Assembly: GCA_963514005.1 (NCBI GenBank)
Contig: OY740795.1
Location: 40,300,001 to 40,364,000 of the forward strand
DNA length: 64,000 nucleotides
From: Raja brachyura
Lineage: Eukaryota
Direction of reading: 5' to 3'
Shown: positions 61,078 through 64,000 of the stretch, in pieces
Position numbering within the stretch: position 1 is the stretch's first letter
Layout of the letters: each line of letters starts with the position of its first letter
Notes under the pieces: generated by a model
Databases searched by the model: none
What the model was told of the DNA's origin: nothing
What the model saw: the letters and a program-made list of their open reading frames with translations, nothing else
Made by a program: the position numbers and the translations under genes

Positions 61078-62302
61078 CATAGAAACATAGAAACATAGAA
61101 AATAGGTGCAGGAGGAGGCCATTTGGCCCTTTGAGCCAGCATGGCTGATCGTTCCCTATCAATAACCCATGCCTGCCTTCTCCCCATATCCCTTGACTCC
61201 ACTAGACCCTAGAGCTCTATCCAACTCTCTCTTAAATCCATCCAGTGACTTGGCCTCCACTGCCCTCTGTGGCAGGGAATTCCATAAATTCACAACTCTG
61301 GGTGAAAATGTTTTTTCTCACCCAAGTCTTAAATGACCTCTCCTTTATTCTAAGACTGGCCCCTGGTTCTGTACTCGCTCAACATTGGGAACATTTTTCC
61401 TGCATCTAGCTTGTCCAGTCCTTTTTATAATTTTATGTATTTCTATAAGATACCCCCCTCATCCTTCTAAACTCCAGTGAATACAAGCCTAGTCTTTTCA
61501 ATCTTTCCTCTATGACAGTCCCGCCATCCCAGGGATCAATCTCGTGAACCTGCACTGCGTCAATCACAAGGATGTCCTTCCTCAAATTAGGAGAGCAAAA
61601 CTGTACACAATACTCCAGATGTGGTCTCACCGGAGCCCTATACAACTGCAGAATAACCTCTTTACTCCTATATGGAAATCCTCTTGTTATGAAGGCCAAC
61701 ATTCCATTAGCTTCCTTCACTGCCTGCTGTACCTGTAAGCCAACTTTCAGTGACCGTTGTACAAGGACGCCCAGGTCTCGCTGCACCTCCCCCTTACCTA
61801 ACCTAACCCCATTGAGATAATAATCTGCCCCCTTGTTTTTGCCGCCAAAGTGGATAACCTCACATTTATCTATATTATACTGCATCTGCCCACTCACTCA
61901 ACCTGTCCAGGTCACCCTGCAACCTCCTAACATCCTCTTCACAGTTCACACTGCCACCCAGCTTTGCGTCATCCGCAAACGTGCTAGTGTTGCTCCTAAT
62001 TCCCTCTTCCAAATCATTAAGATATATGGTAAACCGTTGCGGCCCAAACACCGAGCCTTGTGGCACTCCACTCGCCACTGCCTGCCATTCTGAAAAGGAC
62101 CCGTTCACTCCTACTCTTTGCTTCCTGTCTGCGAACCAATTTTCTATCCATGTCAACACCCTACCCCCAATACCATGTGCTCTAATTTTAGTCACCAGTC
62201 TCCCGTGTGGGACCTTATCAAAGGCTTTCTGAAAGTCTAGATACACTACATCCACTGCAACCCCTTCATCCATTTTACTTGTCACAGCCTCAAAAAACTC
62301 CA
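61078..62302 (-). mobile_element. CR1 LINE, 5'-truncated, with frameshifts
   Basis: [41 protein letters not shown]; (CATAGAAA)n tail. Confidence 0.92.
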
Positions 62303-62501
62303 AAAGTTACTTTGTTGCTGTTCACCAATTGTGATTGCAAGGTCCATGTTCTCCAGCGATATTGCCTGAGTTACCTCGCCACTTTGTACCTTTCTTTGGT
62401 AAACCAGCATATGCAGCTCATTGTTGCTATAACAGAGAACAAGTTCATCTTAAAGTTAAGGGCACACATGTCTCCAGAGCTTATTCAACTCAAACACTTA
62501 C

Positions 62502-62683
62502 ATTTCAGGTGACACCTCTGAGACGATCCTAATGCAGTTGTTCTCTGATATTGTAAATTCATGAAACAAAACCCATTCTGGTTTTAGCCTTGAGGAACAG
62601 TAGCTTGAAAAAGGGTGCAACTGCGTCACATGTTTGTGTGTTAGCATGATGTAGTTCCCTAATCCATCAACATCTCGAGCAGT
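62502..62683 (-). CDS. DHX32: DHX32 penultimate exon (OB-fold region)
   Basis: [28 protein letters not shown]...[26 protein letters not shown]; phase 0 to 2. Confidence 0.93.
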
Positions 62684-63059
62684 CTAGGATAGAAGGATTG
62701 CATTGATATGATCAATTTCTATAATATTGAATTGAATTATTTCACTTTATTATTAAAAACTAGTTCACAATTTTGGTTTCTGTTCAAAAGATTCAACATG
62801 CTTTGCATCTTAAACTGCTGATGGGCTTGAACATTGCTCCATGTATCAGGAATTTATTTTTCTCCATTGTGGCTATAAAGCAGCTATACCTCATACAAAA
62901 TCAGACCTAAATGAGAAGTACAATGAATAGATAAGGACGATAAAAGTAAATGCAGAGTATTGTTTATCAGTTGACACTCTGTGGAGATGAACATGTATTT
63001 AAGATTACTAGTAATAAACCCATTGGAGACCAATGTGAACATGCTCTCAAAGTCCTTAC

Positions 63060-63250
63060 CTGCATGAAATAGCCGGATAACAAAGCTTTTTTAATGTTCA
63101 ATGAATTCTTCTGTGTGCCAAAAGCAGGTTCTGAAATGGGAAGCTCAATGCGTTGCATAATGGCCAGCAGATCGGCTCGGATGGTCTCTGCTATTCTCAG
63201 AGCAGAACAACTTAAAAAATTGTCATGACACCACTTTTCATCTTCAGAGA
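63060..63250 (-). CDS. DHX32: DHX32 coding exon
   Basis: SEDEKWCHDNFLSCSALRIAETIRADLLAIMQRIELPISEPAFG...IKKALLSGYFMQ|gtaagg. Confidence 0.93.
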
Positions 63251-63441
63251 CTGTGATAAAGTGAAACAAAAATAATCAGTAAAGGCTGGATTATTATAAA
63301 CAAATGCAAGGGAGTTAGTGACTCTTATCAAAATTATATTCAACTTTTTTTAAGTGAGGTTCAGTAAACCATGTTTAAGAATTATTGTTAGCCATTTTTT
63401 AAAAATTCTCTTCACTTTCCCAGTTTTTTTCACCTACTTAC

Positions 63442-63591
63442 ATTCAGCTGATGAGATCATCTTGCACTGCATAAATGCAGTGTAAACATTTATAAGAGTA
63501 AAGTGATCACCCTCTGGATTGAAGAATTTCCTTTGACACGTGTGTGCAACTTCGTCTGATCCTGGTGGTGCATCCAAGAAACAATAAGGAG
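63442..63591 (-). CDS. DHX32: DHX32 coding exon (gene continues beyond window)
   Basis: PYCFLDAPPG...FFNPEGDHFTLINVYTAF (HA2-region GDH motif); phase 1 to 1. Confidence 0.92.
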
Positions 63592-64000
63592 CTTAATGAA
63601 AGAGAAAATGCAAAAGAGGCATTTTACTTTCGGTGCAATTTCCTAATGTGTTATTTAAAATGCACAGCTGCAGTTGGAGATGTTTGTACTACATAAATTG
63701 CTGGAACTTTGCATTCTTAGAGGTCAGATATGAGTGCCATTCCTTCAGAGTTCATCACAAATTCTGAGCCAATAACATGAAATATTTTAATATGTCCTTG
63801 GAAAATTATTTCCAGTTTGAAAGTTGATTTTCTGCACATTTCATATTTTGTACACCCAGCTTTAGCACACCATTTGAAAAAAAAATATATATATAAACTA
63901 TATTAATATTGCATTTATATTAGATTTATAGATACAACTATTTTGCTAAAGATTTATACTTAATGTGAAACCCAAGATATTTTCCTTGCTATGGGTTACT

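Noticed and set aside
1-64000. Prokaryotic systems (CRISPR array, operons, defence islands)
   Set aside because: Spliced vertebrate genes throughout; recurring short repeats are dispersed retroelements, not regularly spaced repeat-spacer arrays

Overview
Vertebrate genomic DNA, most likely a cartilaginous fish (skate/ray; inferred from the repeat landscape, not proven). It holds the conserved EDRF1-MMP21-UROS-BCCIP-DHX32 block, in the same order and orientation as human 10q26. I built spliced models by hand, with GT-AG boundaries and consistent phases: the last 5 coding exons of EDRF1 (+, 1736-6402), complete MMP21 (-, 7 exons, 616 aa, 9374-21520), complete UROS (-, 9 coding exons, 262 aa, 30370-43821), complete BCCIP beta-type (+, 7 exons, 305 aa, 48794-58640) and the last 4 exons of DHX32 (-, 58884-63591). 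UROS and BCCIP share a CpG-island bidirectional promoter. Introns carry CR1 and Rex/Babar-like LINEs, tRNA-derived SINEs, a palindromic MITE, a Tc1 relic and many Penelope-like (GIY-YIG) pieces. Most interesting signals: (i) the abundant short repeat is a Penelope terminal repeat containing a minimal hammerhead-ribozyme core; (ii) several Penelope junctions carry templated copies of neighbouring DNA, including a 246-bp near-perfect inverted duplication in UROS intron 1; (iii) predicted overlapping 3' ends of BCCIP and DHX32 and a CaaX tail on DHX32. Repeat boundaries are approximate; gene identities rest on recalled similarity to human proteins, not on a database search.
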